Positions 38,734 through 49,060 are shown, numbered from the stretch's first letter. The stretch: DNA of 50,577 nt from Acidimicrobiia bacterium (GCA_041577335.1 JBFGJH010000003.1:62001-112577); one strand, 5' to 3'. Program-made: numbers and translations. Notes: generated by a model not told the origin, from the letters alone.

Positions 38734-39189
38734 CTAGGTCCGTCGGAACGGGAGTGTCACCAACTTCACCGACTCGGCGATGAATCCGATAGCAGTGCCG
38801 GCCAGGGCGACGATCACCACGAAGCGGGCGAGCCATGACCAGTTGGACGCGTAGGTCGCGAAGTCGAATGGGAACACCTGATACAACCGAAGAGCCACGG
38901 CAAACCCGAACCCGGCCGTGACCAGGTTCCCAAGGGATTTGAACCAGGCGGCGTCGTACCAAAAGAACAGCACGTTGACGACGATGCTGGCCACGATCGC
39001 TGCCGTCATGACCGGCAACACGTCGGAGAACTCGTCGGTGAGGAAGCGAGGCCATTCCCAATCAGGGAGTTGGTTCACGAACCACAGCAGCCAGGCGTTG
39101 ATGGCGATGGCAATCAGATAGCCAAAACGCCGACCCGGTGTCGGATGCGAACTCGTTGGCTTGCTGTCTCTGGTGAGCGTCGAAGTCAT
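38734..39189 (-). CDS. Hypothetical 4-TM membrane protein
   Basis: Four hydrophobic helices, YQVFPFDF motif; GGAGGT RBS before ATG 39189. Confidence 0.75.
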   Translation of the reverse strand: MTSTLTRDSKPTSSHPTPGRRFGYLIAIAINAWLLWFVNQLPDWEWPRFLTDEFSDVLPVMTAAIVASIVVNVLFFWYDAAWFKSLGNLVTAGFGFAVALRLYQVFPFDFATYASNWSWLARFVVIVALAGTAIGFIAESVKLVTLPFRRT

Positions 39190-39309
39190 GGATACCTCCA
39201 CGTGAGGGTTCCACCCAAGAGAACCACTGATTTGTGGAGCGAGCTAGAGCACTACGTCCCTTTGTGGCCACAGCCGTGCGGGCCCGAGGATCCGCCCGGC
39301 GGCTTGGCG

Positions 39310-39702
39310 CTACCGCCGGCGGTCTGGTGGGATCGATCGGCGCAGGACGATTTCGCGCCGGTGGCTCTGGCGGGCATGGGCGAGTTCGCGTTCGTGGGCT
39401 TCCCGTTCAGCCACGAGTTGGCGCTTCAAAGCGTGGTTCTCCGCTTTGAGCCGCTCCACTGACCGTTGGAGATCGAGCACCCGCTTGACTCCCTCGAGGT
39501 TGAGGCCCTTCTCGCTGAGGGACTGGATCAGCTCCAGCCGGTCGATGTCTGCTTGTGAATACCGCCGGGTGCCGCCCGGGGTTCGATATGGTTCGACGAG
39601 CCCGCGCCGTTCCCAGATGCGCAGGGTCTGCGGGTGAATCCCGGCGAGCTCAGCGGCCACGGAGATCACGAAGACGGCTTCTCTCTTTTTCGGTTCAGAC
39701 AT
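39310..39702 (-). CDS. hspR: Heat-shock repressor HspR (MerR family)
   Basis: ISVAAELAGIHPQTLR...RTPGGTRRYS...GLNLEGV; last gene of the dnaK operon. Confidence 0.95.
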   Translation of the reverse strand: MSEPKKREAVFVISVAAELAGIHPQTLRIWERRGLVEPYRTPGGTRRYSQADIDRLELIQSLSEKGLNLEGVKRVLDLQRSVERLKAENHALKRQLVAEREAHERELAHARQSHRREIVLRRSIPPDRRR

Positions 39703-40837
39703 TGTCCCAACCCAGTTTCTCTCTCGGATTTTCAGTCTCGTAGGTGTCGCGATATTCCTGAAGCATCTTCTTGGCCGCCCGTGACATCTTCTTGGGAACC
39801 TCCACGTCGATCGTCACCAACAAATCGCCATTCTTCCCGCGCGTCTTGGGCACACCTTTGTCTCGAACCCGAAACGTCTTGCCAGACGCGGTTCCGGAGG
39901 GAACCTTGAGCCGAACGGGCCCATCGAGCGTCGGTACGTCGATATCGGCTCCCAGCGCCGCTTCCGTGAAAGTGACCGGAATACGAGCGGTGATATCGTC
40001 GTTGCGCCGTCCGAAGATCGGGTGCTTGTCTACGTTCACCCGTACCAACAGATCTCCGGGTGGGCCCCCGCCCTCGCCGGGGCCGCCTTTGCCTTTGAGG
40101 CGAATCGTCGAACCGTCTTTGACCCCTGCCGGGATCTTGACGTTGATCCGTCGCGTACGGAACTCCGTGCCCGAACCGACGCACCGTTCGCAAGGCGAGG
40201 CAGGAATACGTCCTCGGCCCTTGCACTGGCGGCACGGCTGCGCAAACGAAAAGAATCCCTGGTTCTGCGAGATGGTGCCCGAGCCCCCGCACGATTGGCA
40301 GATGTCGACGGCGGTTCCGGGTTCCGCTCCGCTGCCATGGCAGATGGAGCAGGCCGTCTCGCCCTTCACGGCCAACGTGGTGGTCAGGCCGCGTATCGAG
40401 TCCTCGAAGGAGAGCTGGATGGTGGTCGATTGATCGACTCCACGGCGAGCAGTCGAGCGGCGCCGGCTGCCCCCGAACAGGTCGCTGATCCCTCCAAATC
40501 CGCCGAGGATGTCACCGAGGTCTTCGATCCGGACGCGCTGCCCCTGGCTGAAGCCGCCAGGGAACCCGCCTGCGTTGCCAAAGCCACCGGGGAAGCCTCC
40601 GGCGGCCGCCATCTGGCGAACCTCGTCGTACTGGCGGCGTTGTTCTTCGTCGGAAAGGGTCGCGTACGCCTGGGATACTTCCTTGAAGCGTTCTTCGGCG
40701 GCGTCGTCATCAGGGTTGGCATCGGGATGGTTCTGCTGGGCGAGCTTGCGGTAGGCGCGTTTGATTTCGTCCTGGCTGGCGCCGGGAGCAACACCGAGGA
40801 CGGCGTAGTAGTCCTTCTCGATCCAGTCTCTGTTCAC
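39695..40837 (-). CDS. dnaJ: Chaperone DnaJ
   Basis: HPD J-domain, G/F region, four CxxCxGxG repeats. Confidence 0.97.
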   Translation of the reverse strand: MNRDWIEKDYYAVLGVAPGASQDEIKRAYRKLAQQNHPDANPDDDAAEERFKEVSQAYATLSDEEQRRQYDEVRQMAAAGGFPGGFGNAGGFPGGFSQGQRVRIEDLGDILGGFGGISDLFGGSRRRSTARRGVDQSTTIQLSFEDSIRGLTTTLAVKGETACSICHGSGAEPGTAVDICQSCGGSGTISQNQGFFSFAQPCRQCKGRGRIPASPCERCVGSGTEFRTRRINVKIPAGVKDGSTIRLKGKGGPGEGGGPPGDLLVRVNVDKHPIFGRRNDDITARIPVTFTEAALGADIDVPTLDGPVRLKVPSGTASGKTFRVRDKGVPKTRGKNGDLLVTIDVEVPKKMSRAAKKMLQEYRDTYETENPREKLGWDNV

Positions 40838-41526
40838 CCGTGGTCCTGTGTCTGGGAGACGCCCTCATCGGAGGCCGCCTCCTCTTCGTCTTGGAGGCCC
40901 AATGCCACCAGCGCCGGGCGCAACACCCGGTCTTTCAGCTTGTAGCCGCGGCGGATCTCGGCAATCACCACGAGAGGCCCGGAGGCGTTGGGCGGCGCTG
41001 AGATCGCTTCGTGCACACTTGGGTCGAAGGTCTCGCCCAGTGCGGCGATCGGCGTGAGGCCCTCGCGCCCGAGTGCCTCCGTGAGCTGACTGTGCGTACC
41101 GGCCATGCCATCGAGCAGCCGCTGCTCGGTCTCGGTTTCAACCGGCAATGCCATGGCGGCATCGAAGGAGTCGAGCGTTGGCAGCATGGAGCTGAGAACG
41201 CGCTCCGAGCCGAGCTCGCGCAATTGCGCCTGCTCGCGAAGGGTCCGCTTTCTGAAGTTGTCGAATTCAGCGGTCACCCGCTGTAGCCGGTCGAGGTAGT
41301 CGGCCTCGGTTTGTCTGGCGGCCGCCAGTTCTTCTGTTAATGCCTGCACGAGTTCCTCTGGGTCGGTGACGCTGACGTCGAGGTCGATGATCTCGGCGTC
41401 TTCCTCCCCGACCTCGCTGAGGCCGGGGACATCGGGTTCTTCGGGGATGCCTTCCTCGCCGGTTGGCGGGCCGTCACCCTCCGCGTCGTTGGGTGACCGA
41501 TCTTCCGTGAGCTCTGGGTCAGACAT
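40834..41526 (-). CDS. grpE: Nucleotide exchange factor GrpE
   Basis: AEFDNFRKR, FDPSVHEA, GYKLKDRVLRPALV. Confidence 0.96.
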   Translation of the reverse strand: MSDPELTEDRSPNDAEGDGPPTGEEGIPEEPDVPGLSEVGEEDAEIIDLDVSVTDPEELVQALTEELAAARQTEADYLDRLQRVTAEFDNFRKRTLREQAQLRELGSERVLSSMLPTLDSFDAAMALPVETETEQRLLDGMAGTHSQLTEALGREGLTPIAALGETFDPSVHEAISAPPNASGPLVVIAEIRRGYKLKDRVLRPALVALGLQDEEEAASDEGVSQTQDHG

Positions 41527-41529
41527 GGC

Positions 41530-43377
41530 CTAGGCGTCGTCGCCATCGTCGACGATCTCTGCCTCGACGATCTCTTCCTCGTCTTCTTCGGCAGACGGCG
41601 CCTCGGCCGGGCCACCTTCCGCCTGGGCAGCCTGCTCTTCTTGAACCTTGGCATACAGCCGCTGTGCAAGCGCCTGCGACGCGGTCAAGGTCGCCTCGAC
41701 CTTGGATCGAATGTCATCGCCGGTGGTGTCTTCCTTGCCCAGGGTTTCACGCAGCTCGCCCAGCGCCGTCTCGATGTTCGTGCGCTCGTCGTCGGTGAGT
41801 TCCTCGGCCTGCTCCTTGAGCAACTCCTCGGTGGAGTTGACGATTTGTTCGCCCTGGTTGCGCGCCTCGGCGAGGTCGCGACGTTGACGGTCCTCTTCGG
41901 CATGCTTCTCGGCGTCGTTGACCATGCGGTCGATGTCGTCAGGCGAGAGGGCGGTCCCACCGGTGATCGTCATGGCCTGCTCGCGACCGGTGCCCAGGTC
42001 TTTGGCCGAGACTGACACGATGCCGTTGGCGTCGATGTCGAAGGTCACCTCGATCTGGGGAATGCCCATCGGAGCAGGTGGGATGCCCGTGAGGTTGAAC
42101 TTTCCGAGGCTCTTGTTGTCTGTGGACATGGCGCGCTCACCCTGCAAGACGTGGATCTCCACCTCGGGCTGGTTGTTGGCCGCCGTCGTGAATGTCTCCT
42201 TCTTGCGGGTCGGAATCGTGGTGTTGCGCTCGATCATCTTGGTCATGACGCCACCCTTGGTTTCGATTCCCAGGGTCAGCGGGGTCACGTCGAGCAGGAG
42301 GATGTCCTTGACGTCGCCTCTGAGCACACCTGCCTGGAGGGCGGCCCCGGCGGCAACCACTTCGTCGGGGTTGACGCCTTTCTGTGGATCTTTGCCGGTC
42401 AGGGTCTTCACCAACGCAGTCACGGCCGGCATCCGGGTTGAGCCACCGACGAGCACGACATGATCGATGTCATCGATGGATACGCCCGCGTCTTTGATGA
42501 CTGCGTGGAAAGGCGCTTTGGTGCGCTCGAGCAGATCCGCAGTCAGCTTCTCGAACTCGGCCCGAGTCAGCTTCTTCTGGAGGTGCAGAGGCCCTTCGTT
42601 CGTGGCGGTGATGAATGGCAGGTTGATCTCGGTCTCGGGCACCGTGCTCAGCTCGATCTTGGCCTTCTCGGCGTCTTCCTTGAGACGCTGGAGCGCCATG
42701 GCGTCCTTGGACAGGTCGACCCCGTGCTCGTTCTTGAAGTTGGTGACGAGCCAGTCGATGATGGCTTGATCCCAGTCGTCGCCTCCCAGGTTGGTGTCGC
42801 CGCTGGTGGCCTTCACCTCGAACACGCCATCCCCGATCTCGAGGACAGACACGTCGAAGGTTCCGCCACCGAGGTCGTATACGAGGATCTGCTGATCGTG
42901 TTCCTTGTCGAGGCCGTAGGCCAGGGAGGCGGCGGTCGGCTCGTTGACGATGCGCTGGACCTCGAGGCCGGCGATCTGGCCGGCCTCTTTGGTTGCTTGA
43001 CGCTGGGCGTCACCGAAGTACGCCGGTACCGTGATGACTGCCTGGGTGACTTCCTCGCCGAGGAACGCCTCTGCGTCGCGCTTCAGCTTCATGAGGATCC
43101 GGGCTGAGATCTCCTGGGCCGAGTAGTCCTTGCCGTCGACTTCGATTGACCAATCGGTGCCCATATGACGCTTGACCGATCGGACCGTCTTGCCCGGGTT
43201 GGTGATGGCCTGGCGCTTGGCGACCTCGCCGACGAGCACCTCGCCATCCTTGAAAGCAACGATCGAGGGGGTGGTGCGTCCGCCTTCCGCGTTGGGGATG
43301 ACGCTCGGTTCGCCGCCGTCGAGGGTGGCGATGACGCTGTTGGTGGTTCCGAGGTCGATGCCGACTGCACGTGCCAT
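41530..43377 (-). CDS. dnaK: Chaperone DnaK
   Basis: [38 protein letters not shown]. Confidence 0.99.
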   Translation of the reverse strand: MARAVGIDLGTTNSVIATLDGGEPSVIPNAEGGRTTPSIVAFKDGEVLVGEVAKRQAITNPGKTVRSVKRHMGTDWSIEVDGKDYSAQEISARILMKLKRDAEAFLGEEVTQAVITVPAYFGDAQRQATKEAGQIAGLEVQRIVNEPTAASLAYGLDKEHDQQILVYDLGGGTFDVSVLEIGDGVFEVKATSGDTNLGGDDWDQAIIDWLVTNFKNEHGVDLSKDAMALQRLKEDAEKAKIELSTVPETEINLPFITATNEGPLHLQKKLTRAEFEKLTADLLERTKAPFHAVIKDAGVSIDDIDHVVLVGGSTRMPAVTALVKTLTGKDPQKGVNPDEVVAAGAALQAGVLRGDVKDILLLDVTPLTLGIETKGGVMTKMIERNTTIPTRKKETFTTAANNQPEVEIHVLQGERAMSTDNKSLGKFNLTGIPPAPMGIPQIEVTFDIDANGIVSVSAKDLGTGREQAMTITGGTALSPDDIDRMVNDAEKHAEEDRQRRDLAEARNQGEQIVNSTEELLKEQAEELTDDERTNIETALGELRETLGKEDTTGDDIRSKVEATLTASQALAQRLYAKVQEEQAAQAEGGPAEAPSAEEDEEEIVEAEIVDDGDDA

Positions 43378-43425
43378 GGTTTTGGTTCTCCTGAGAATTC
43401 GATTGAGTGTTGTTTGACATTATAA

Positions 43426-43446
43426 CTTGAGTGGAGTTTTATCAAG
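43426..43446. promoter_or_regulatory. HAIR operator 1 (dnaK/lon intergenic)
   Basis: CTTGAGT-GGAGTTT-TATCAAG; adjacent to a minus-strand TATAAT (43419-43424), the likely dnaK -10. Confidence 0.88.
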
Positions 43447-43470
43447 TCTGGATGTGCGATGTTTCGTCAT

Positions 43471-43491
43471 CTTGAGTACTACTAGCTCAGA
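43471..43491. promoter_or_regulatory. HAIR operator 2 (dnaK/lon intergenic)
   Basis: CTTGAGT-ACTACTA-GCTCAGA. Confidence 0.8.
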
Positions 43492-43557
43492 TTTTGGAAT
43501 AAAGTACTGTCTAGATCACGTTTCCATCCACACGTATCGCATTGGAGATCCCCCAAC

Positions 43558-45870
43558 ATGCCGGACACAACGAGTATCAGCCTCCCCGTCCTGCCTCTCA
43601 GGAACGGTGTTGTTTTCCCCCACATGGTCGTGACACTCGCCGTCGAATCGGACGAAGGCACAACCGCGATTGCGGCTGCCAAGGCGGCCGATCATCGTCT
43701 GCTTCTCGTTCCGCGACTGGAGGGCTCCTACGCCAAGGTCGGCACCATTGCCGAGATTCAGCAAGTCGACGACGGCCCCGGAGTGGTCGTGCGCGGCCTG
43801 GCTCGCGCTCGGGTAGGAGCGGGGCGGGCCGGTGACGGCGGCGCCCTCTGGGTCGAGGTCGAGCCACTTCCGGACCTCGATTTCACCGACGAGGCCCTCG
43901 ACGACCTCGTCGCCGACTATCGAGCCATCGTCTCCGAGGTGCTCGACCTCAAAGGCATGGGGCCGATTGCCGACCGGATCCTCGGCATCGATCATCCCGG
44001 TCAGCTCGCCGACCTGGCCGTCTATTCGCCCGATCTCTCCCTCGAGAGGAAGGTCGAGCTATTGGAGACACCCGACGTGCATGAACGGATCGGCAAGCTC
44101 ACGGTCTGGATGCGGGAGGTGCTTGGGGAGCTGACGCTGCGCCGCAAGGTGCGTGAGGACGCTGCCGAGCGCATGGAGAAGTCGCAGCGTGACTATGTCC
44201 TGCGCCAGCAGATGGACGCAATCCGTTCCGAGCTGGGCGAAGAGGCCGGGGTGGTCGATGAGTATCGCACCAAGCTCGACGAGGCCAACCTGCCCGAGGC
44301 GGTGTTCGACGCCGTCTCCCGTGAAGTCGACCGGCTCGAACGCATGAGTGAGCAGAGCCCGGAGCACAGCTGGATTCGCACCTGGCTCGACACCGTTTTT
44401 GAGCTCCCGTGGGGTGAGGCGTCCGAAGATCACCTCGATCTCGGTGAGGCCCGTGAGGTTCTCGATGCCGACCACACTGGACTCGACGACGTCAAGGAGC
44501 GCATCATCGAGCATTTGGCAGTCCGCAAGCTACGCAAAGAACGCGAAGTGGAAACGGACGACCGCCACACCGGCGCCATCTTGCTGCTGGTTGGCCCGCC
44601 TGGAGTCGGCAAGACGTCGCTTGGCGAGTCCGTCGCTCGCGCCCTTGGCCGATCTTTCGTTCGGGTTGCCCTCGGCGGCGTGCGCGATGAAGCCGAGATC
44701 CGTGGTCATCGCCGCACCTACGTCGGGGCCCGTCCGGGCCGTATTGCTCGGGCGCTCACCGAGGCCGGCACCATGAATCCCGTGTTTCTTCTCGACGAGA
44801 TGGACAAGGTCGGCAACGACTGGCGTGGTGACCCTTCCTCGGCGCTGCTGGAGGTCCTCGATCCCGCCCAAAACCACACGTTCCGCGATCACTATCTCGA
44901 GTTCGATCTCGATTTGAGCGACGTGCTGTTCATCGCCACGTCGAACATCCTCGACAGCATTCCCGCCCCGCTGCTCGACCGGACCGAGGTGATCCGAGTC
45001 GACGGGTACACCGACGCCGAGAAGGTTACGATCGCTCGCGACCATCTCCTCCCCCGCCAGGTGGGCGCGTCCGGTCTGACGGAACAGGAGATCGTCGTGA
45101 CGGACGACGCGCTCGTCGCCGTGGTCGACGGCTACACCCGCGAGGCGGGCGTGCGGGGCCTCGAGCGCCAGCTCGGCAAGCTCGTCCGGAAAGTAGCCAC
45201 CAAGGTGGCCGCCGACGGGGCCACTGCGGTCACCGTGGATGCCGAGGCCGTCGCTGATTTGTTGGGAAAGCAGACTGTTCACCACGATGAGGTGAGCGAC
45301 CGAACCGATGAGCCCGGAGTGGCCACCGGCTTGGCGGTGACCGGCGCCGGAGGCGACATTCTGTTCATCGAGGCAACCGCCATGGACGGTGAAGCCGGTC
45401 TGACGATCACCGGTCAGCTTGGTGATGTCATGAAGGAGTCCGCGCAAATCGCCCTGTCCTACGTGCGAGCCAACGCCGATCGCCTGGGTATCGATCCGGA
45501 TTTGTTCAACCGCAAGCTGCACGTACATTTCCCGGCCGGCGCCGTTCCCAAGGACGGTCCGTCGGCCGGTGTCACCATCACCACTGCACTCGTGTCACTG
45601 CTGACCGATCGCAAGGTGAAGTCGACGCTGGGAATGACGGGGGAAGTGACCCTGCGGGGAAGTGTGCTCCCGGTGGGAGGCATCAAACAGAAGGTCTTGG
45701 CCGCCCACCGTGGTGGGCTCACCGACGTGATCGTCCCTGCCCGCAATGCGCCCGACCTCGACGATGTGCCCGATGAGGTCAGGAAGGCAATGACCTTCCA
45801 CGTCCTCGACGATGTCAACGATGTCCTGCATCTGGCCTTCGAGGAAGCCTCCGCCGGGGCGGCCGCCTGA
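43558..45870 (+). CDS. lon: Lon protease (endopeptidase La)
   Basis: LPVLPLR N-domain, GPPGVGKT, EIRGHRRTY, catalytic PKDGPSAG and GGIKQK. Confidence 0.98.
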   Translation: MPDTTSISLPVLPLRNGVVFPHMVVTLAVESDEGTTAIAAAKAADHRLLLVPRLEGSYAKVGTIAEIQQVDDGPGVVVRGLARARVGAGRAGDGGALWVEVEPLPDLDFTDEALDDLVADYRAIVSEVLDLKGMGPIADRILGIDHPGQLADLAVYSPDLSLERKVELLETPDVHERIGKLTVWMREVLGELTLRRKVREDAAERMEKSQRDYVLRQQMDAIRSELGEEAGVVDEYRTKLDEANLPEAVFDAVSREVDRLERMSEQSPEHSWIRTWLDTVFELPWGEASEDHLDLGEAREVLDADHTGLDDVKERIIEHLAVRKLRKEREVETDDRHTGAILLLVGPPGVGKTSLGESVARALGRSFVRVALGGVRDEAEIRGHRRTYVGARPGRIARALTEAGTMNPVFLLDEMDKVGNDWRGDPSSALLEVLDPAQNHTFRDHYLEFDLDLSDVLFIATSNILDSIPAPLLDRTEVIRVDGYTDAEKVTIARDHLLPRQVGASGLTEQEIVVTDDALVAVVDGYTREAGVRGLERQLGKLVRKVATKVAADGATAVTVDAEAVADLLGKQTVHHDEVSDRTDEPGVATGLAVTGAGGDILFIEATAMDGEAGLTITGQLGDVMKESAQIALSYVRANADRLGIDPDLFNRKLHVHFPAGAVPKDGPSAGVTITTALVSLLTDRKVKSTLGMTGEVTLRGSVLPVGGIKQKVLAAHRGGLTDVIVPARNAPDLDDVPDEVRKAMTFHVLDDVNDVLHLAFEEASAGAAA

Positions 45871-45894
45871 ACCGCGTGATACCCCGGTTCAGGC
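45865..45894. terminator. Hairpin between convergent lon and the WxcM-like gene
   Basis: GCCTGAACCG-N10-CGGTTCAGGC, a perfect 10-bp stem. Confidence 0.65.
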
Positions 45895-45898
45895 AGGC

Positions 45899-46846
45899 TC
45901 AGGCGGTGTCGGCTACGGCGGAGAGGAACTCGTCGTAGGAACGGATGTAATCGTCCGGGTCGTACTCGTGCGAGGCGAACACCAACAGCACGGTGTCGGC
46001 TGAGAAGCGGTATTGCGAGCCCCAGATCATCGGCGGCATGTAAAGACCGACGCTGGGTCGATCGAGCACGACATTGCGGCGGTTGGTGCCGTCGTCGACG
46101 AGGACGTTGAGAGAACCGGTCGCTGCCACCAGAAACTGCTCGCACCAGCGGTGAGCGTGTTCGCCCCGAACGCGCTCGTTGGGAACGTCGTAGACCATGA
46201 AGGCTCGTTTGGGCACGAATGGGAGGTCATCGCTGAACTCGGCGACGGTCAGACTTCCCCGCAGGTCGCGTGCTCTGCGGAGCGGCCAGATCTGTGTTTC
46301 GCCCACTCCGAGGAGCCTGCGTCCGATCTCGTCCGCGGTCTTCTCTTCGTCGATGTGCATCGTCTCGGCGGCGTCGTACCCGGCGATGCGAGCCGGGTTG
46401 CCAAAGACGACGGCTCGGGCCGGCACGTCCCGAGTGACCACCGCTCCGGCGCCGATCATTGCGCCTGGGCCGATGGTGATTCCCGGCAAGATCGTCGCAT
46501 TCGCTCCGATCGAGGCGCCATCGGCCACGATGGTCTCCGGGTAGGAATCGGGATACTGCTTGGAGCGGGGGTACCGGTCGTTCGTGAACGTGGCGTTCGG
46601 GCCCACAAAAACATCGTCGCCCAGCCGAACCCCGTCCCACAGCTGCACGCCCGACTTGATGGTGACGCGATCGCCGACGACCACGTCGTCTTCGATGAAG
46701 ACGTGATCGCAGACGTTGCAGTCGCTTCCGATGCGGGCTCCGGGGAGCACGTGGGCGAACGCCCAGACGCGTGTGCCTGCGCCGACGTTGTCCGACTCGC
46801 AGATGCCCTGCTCATGGACGAAAACGCCGCTGATGTTCTCACTCAT
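45899..46846 (-). CDS. Bifunctional WxcM/FdtD-like N-acetyltransferase + sugar 3,4-ketoisomerase
   Basis: Hexapeptide repeats with FVGPNATFTND.YPRS, followed by a cupin domain DLRGSL...RGEHAH..C.QFL. Confidence 0.92.
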   Translation of the reverse strand: MSENISGVFVHEQGICESDNVGAGTRVWAFAHVLPGARIGSDCNVCDHVFIEDDVVVGDRVTIKSGVQLWDGVRLGDDVFVGPNATFTNDRYPRSKQYPDSYPETIVADGASIGANATILPGITIGPGAMIGAGAVVTRDVPARAVVFGNPARIAGYDAAETMHIDEEKTADEIGRRLLGVGETQIWPLRRARDLRGSLTVAEFSDDLPFVPKRAFMVYDVPNERVRGEHAHRWCEQFLVAATGSLNVLVDDGTNRRNVVLDRPSVGLYMPPMIWGSQYRFSADTVLLVFASHEYDPDDYIRSYDEFLSAVADTA

Positions 46847-47789
46847 GAGGAAACACCTCGATGTGTGCAGTGACCGAGAGGGGACGGCTCTTGGTGTTCT
46901 CGGATGCCCGCCACACGTAGGCGCCGACGATGCCCTGCCCCGCGATGAGGAGTGATCCGATGAACAGCACCGCCAAGATCGTAGGCGTATAGCCGGGCAC
47001 GTCGATGCGGCCTGCCAGCCAGAAGCCGAAGATCGAAATGGCGGCGACGACCGAAAGTGCGATGCCGGCCGCCCCCATCCAGAGCAACGCCATGATCGGC
47101 AGGTCGGAAAAGGCAAAGAAGCTGTCGAGCATATAGCGGAATCTTCGGCGCAAGCTCCAGCCACTGCTGCCTTTGGTGCGTTTGCGCCGAAAATATGGGA
47201 CCTCCAGGCGCCGGAAGCCCACCCAGAACAGCTGGCCGATGAGAGACGTGTTGTGCTCCTGTAGCGAGAGCAATGTCTCGCGGACGGTCGAATTGCAGGC
47301 GAAGACGTCGACACCACCTTTGGGAACCTCCGGGAATACCACCTTCCGGTACAAGCCCCAGTACAGGTTCGAGAGACGGGTCCTGAGCCAGCCGTCGTCC
47401 CGATCGGCTCGGACGCCGATGGCGAGATCTGCCTTGTCCTCCTGGAGCGCCTCATAGAAGTCCTGGATGAGCTCGGGCGGCTCCTGAAGGTCTGCCGCCA
47501 TCACCGCGGTGATCTCATGTCGCGCCGCTTCCATGCCCCTGCGAATTGCCAAAAACGAACCGAAGTTCCTGGCCAACAGAATGAGCTGGGCTGGGATCGA
47601 CCGGGCGGTCAATTCCGCCCGGAGAAGTTGCCAGGACTGATCGGGCGAGCCGTCCACCACCAATATGGCCTCGAAGTTGTCCCCGTACCGAGAATAGAAG
47701 TCGTCGAGAACTGCAACGAGATCTCCGATGTTCTCCTCGTTTCGATAGACGGGAACCACGAGCGAAAGGCCCGGATTGGCCATCGTCAT
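46839..47789 (-). CDS. GT2 glycosyltransferase, GtrB/polyprenol-phosphate type
   Basis: VVPVYRNEE, VDGSPD, RNFG, AADLQEPP, two C-terminal TM helices. Confidence 0.92.
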   Translation of the reverse strand: MTMANPGLSLVVPVYRNEENIGDLVAVLDDFYSRYGDNFEAILVVDGSPDQSWQLLRAELTARSIPAQLILLARNFGSFLAIRRGMEAARHEITAVMAADLQEPPELIQDFYEALQEDKADLAIGVRADRDDGWLRTRLSNLYWGLYRKVVFPEVPKGGVDVFACNSTVRETLLSLQEHNTSLIGQLFWVGFRRLEVPYFRRKRTKGSSGWSLRRRFRYMLDSFFAFSDLPIMALLWMGAAGIALSVVAAISIFGFWLAGRIDVPGYTPTILAVLFIGSLLIAGQGIVGAYVWRASENTKSRPLSVTAHIEVFPHE

Positions 47790-47802
47790 GGGCGGTCCCG
47801 GT

Positions 47803-48912
47803 CTATATGTGGATGTTGCTCAGCTCGTCGCATACGTATTCGACCTCGTCATCGGTCATCGATGGGAAACACGGTACCGTCAGAATCTCGTCTCGGGCAG
47901 TCACACTTCTCGCGAGCGAGGTGATCCGGTGCGGTTCGTCGCTCAACCACTCGGCGTCGATGTCGAGTACCGGATAGTGGATGCCCGTGCCAATTCCGGC
48001 ATCCGAGAGCGACTCGGATACTCGGTTTCGCTCGGCCGAGCGGGCGATTGCCAGGTGGCCGACGAACCGATCGTCGTCGATTCCGCCGTGGACGAAATGC
48101 AGCGCTTCGGAGGCGGCCTCGCGGTAGCGGTTGACAATGCCTCGGCGGCGCTCGTTCCACCGGGGTAGATGGGGGAGGTTTTCGCTCAGGATGGCCGCTT
48201 GGATCTCGTCCATGCGGCTGTTGCGGCCGTGGGGAAGTTCGCTGCGATAGCGGGACCGCCAACCGTATTGATGAAGGAGCCTGACCCGGTCGGCAAGGCC
48301 GGCGTCGCTCGTCACGATGGCGCCGGCATCGCCGAGCGCACCGAGATTCTTGGTTGGGTAGAAGCTGAAGCATCCGATGTCGCCGAGGCTGCCCACCGTG
48401 GCCCCGTTGATCTGGGCACCGTGCGCTTGGGCACAATCTTCGACGATCTTGACATCCTGCCTACCGGCCTGGTCGAGGAGCCTGCGTAGCCGGCCAATGT
48501 CCACGGCGTAACCGTAGAGATGTGTGGCGATGATGGCTGCCGTGGCGTTGCCCAGCCCGTCCCCAATGCCGGTGAGGTCGAGCGTGAGCGTCTCGTCCAC
48601 GTCGACGTAGACGGGCGTGGCGCCCACGGCGAAGATGGCCGAGCTGGAGTAGCCGCCGGCGTTGGCCACCGTCATCACTTCGTTGCCGGCGCCGATCTCG
48701 AGCGCCCGAAGGGCGATTTCCAGCGCGTCGGTGCCATTCGCCACCGCAATGCACTCGTTGACACCAACGAAGGTGGCGAACGCGGCTTCGAAGGCCTTGG
48801 TCTCGGATCCCATGAGGTACCAGCCGCTCTCGAGCACCCTGGCCACGGCGGCGTCGACCTGGGAGGCGATCTCGACGTACTGGCGCTTGGGGTCGTTGAG
48901 CGGTACTTGCAT
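47803..48912 (-). CDS. DegT/DnrJ/EryC1/StrS sugar aminotransferase (FdtB-like)
   Basis: ANGTDALE, EDCAQAHGA, FSFYPTKNLGALGDAG, NSRMDEIQAA. Confidence 0.94.
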   Translation of the reverse strand: MQVPLNDPKRQYVEIASQVDAAVARVLESGWYLMGSETKAFEAAFATFVGVNECIAVANGTDALEIALRALEIGAGNEVMTVANAGGYSSSAIFAVGATPVYVDVDETLTLDLTGIGDGLGNATAAIIATHLYGYAVDIGRLRRLLDQAGRQDVKIVEDCAQAHGAQINGATVGSLGDIGCFSFYPTKNLGALGDAGAIVTSDAGLADRVRLLHQYGWRSRYRSELPHGRNSRMDEIQAAILSENLPHLPRWNERRRGIVNRYREAASEALHFVHGGIDDDRFVGHLAIARSAERNRVSESLSDAGIGTGIHYPVLDIDAEWLSDEPHRITSLARSVTARDEILTVPCFPSMTDDEVEYVCDELSNIHI

Positions 48913-49060
48913 GTCTGGCAATCTACTGGCCGGTCCCCGTCGGCCCCTACTTACTGGGGCCGGCCCGTCGAATCACGTGCAAAGCGTGGCGGTTTCTGAG
49001 TTCTCGGGCGTCGTCGGTATGCGATCATGCCAGACGCGCCGCACTCCGAAATGAGCGACC

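Noticed and set aside
39246..39261. DosR/NarL-like box (AGAGCACTACGTCCCT) upstream of the 38734-39189 gene
   Set aside because: Only one half-site (GTCCC) matches; single occurrence.
46847..47455. N-terminal extension of the WxcM-like ORF
   Set aside because: Overlaps the GT2 gene on the same strand; the true start is ATG 46846.
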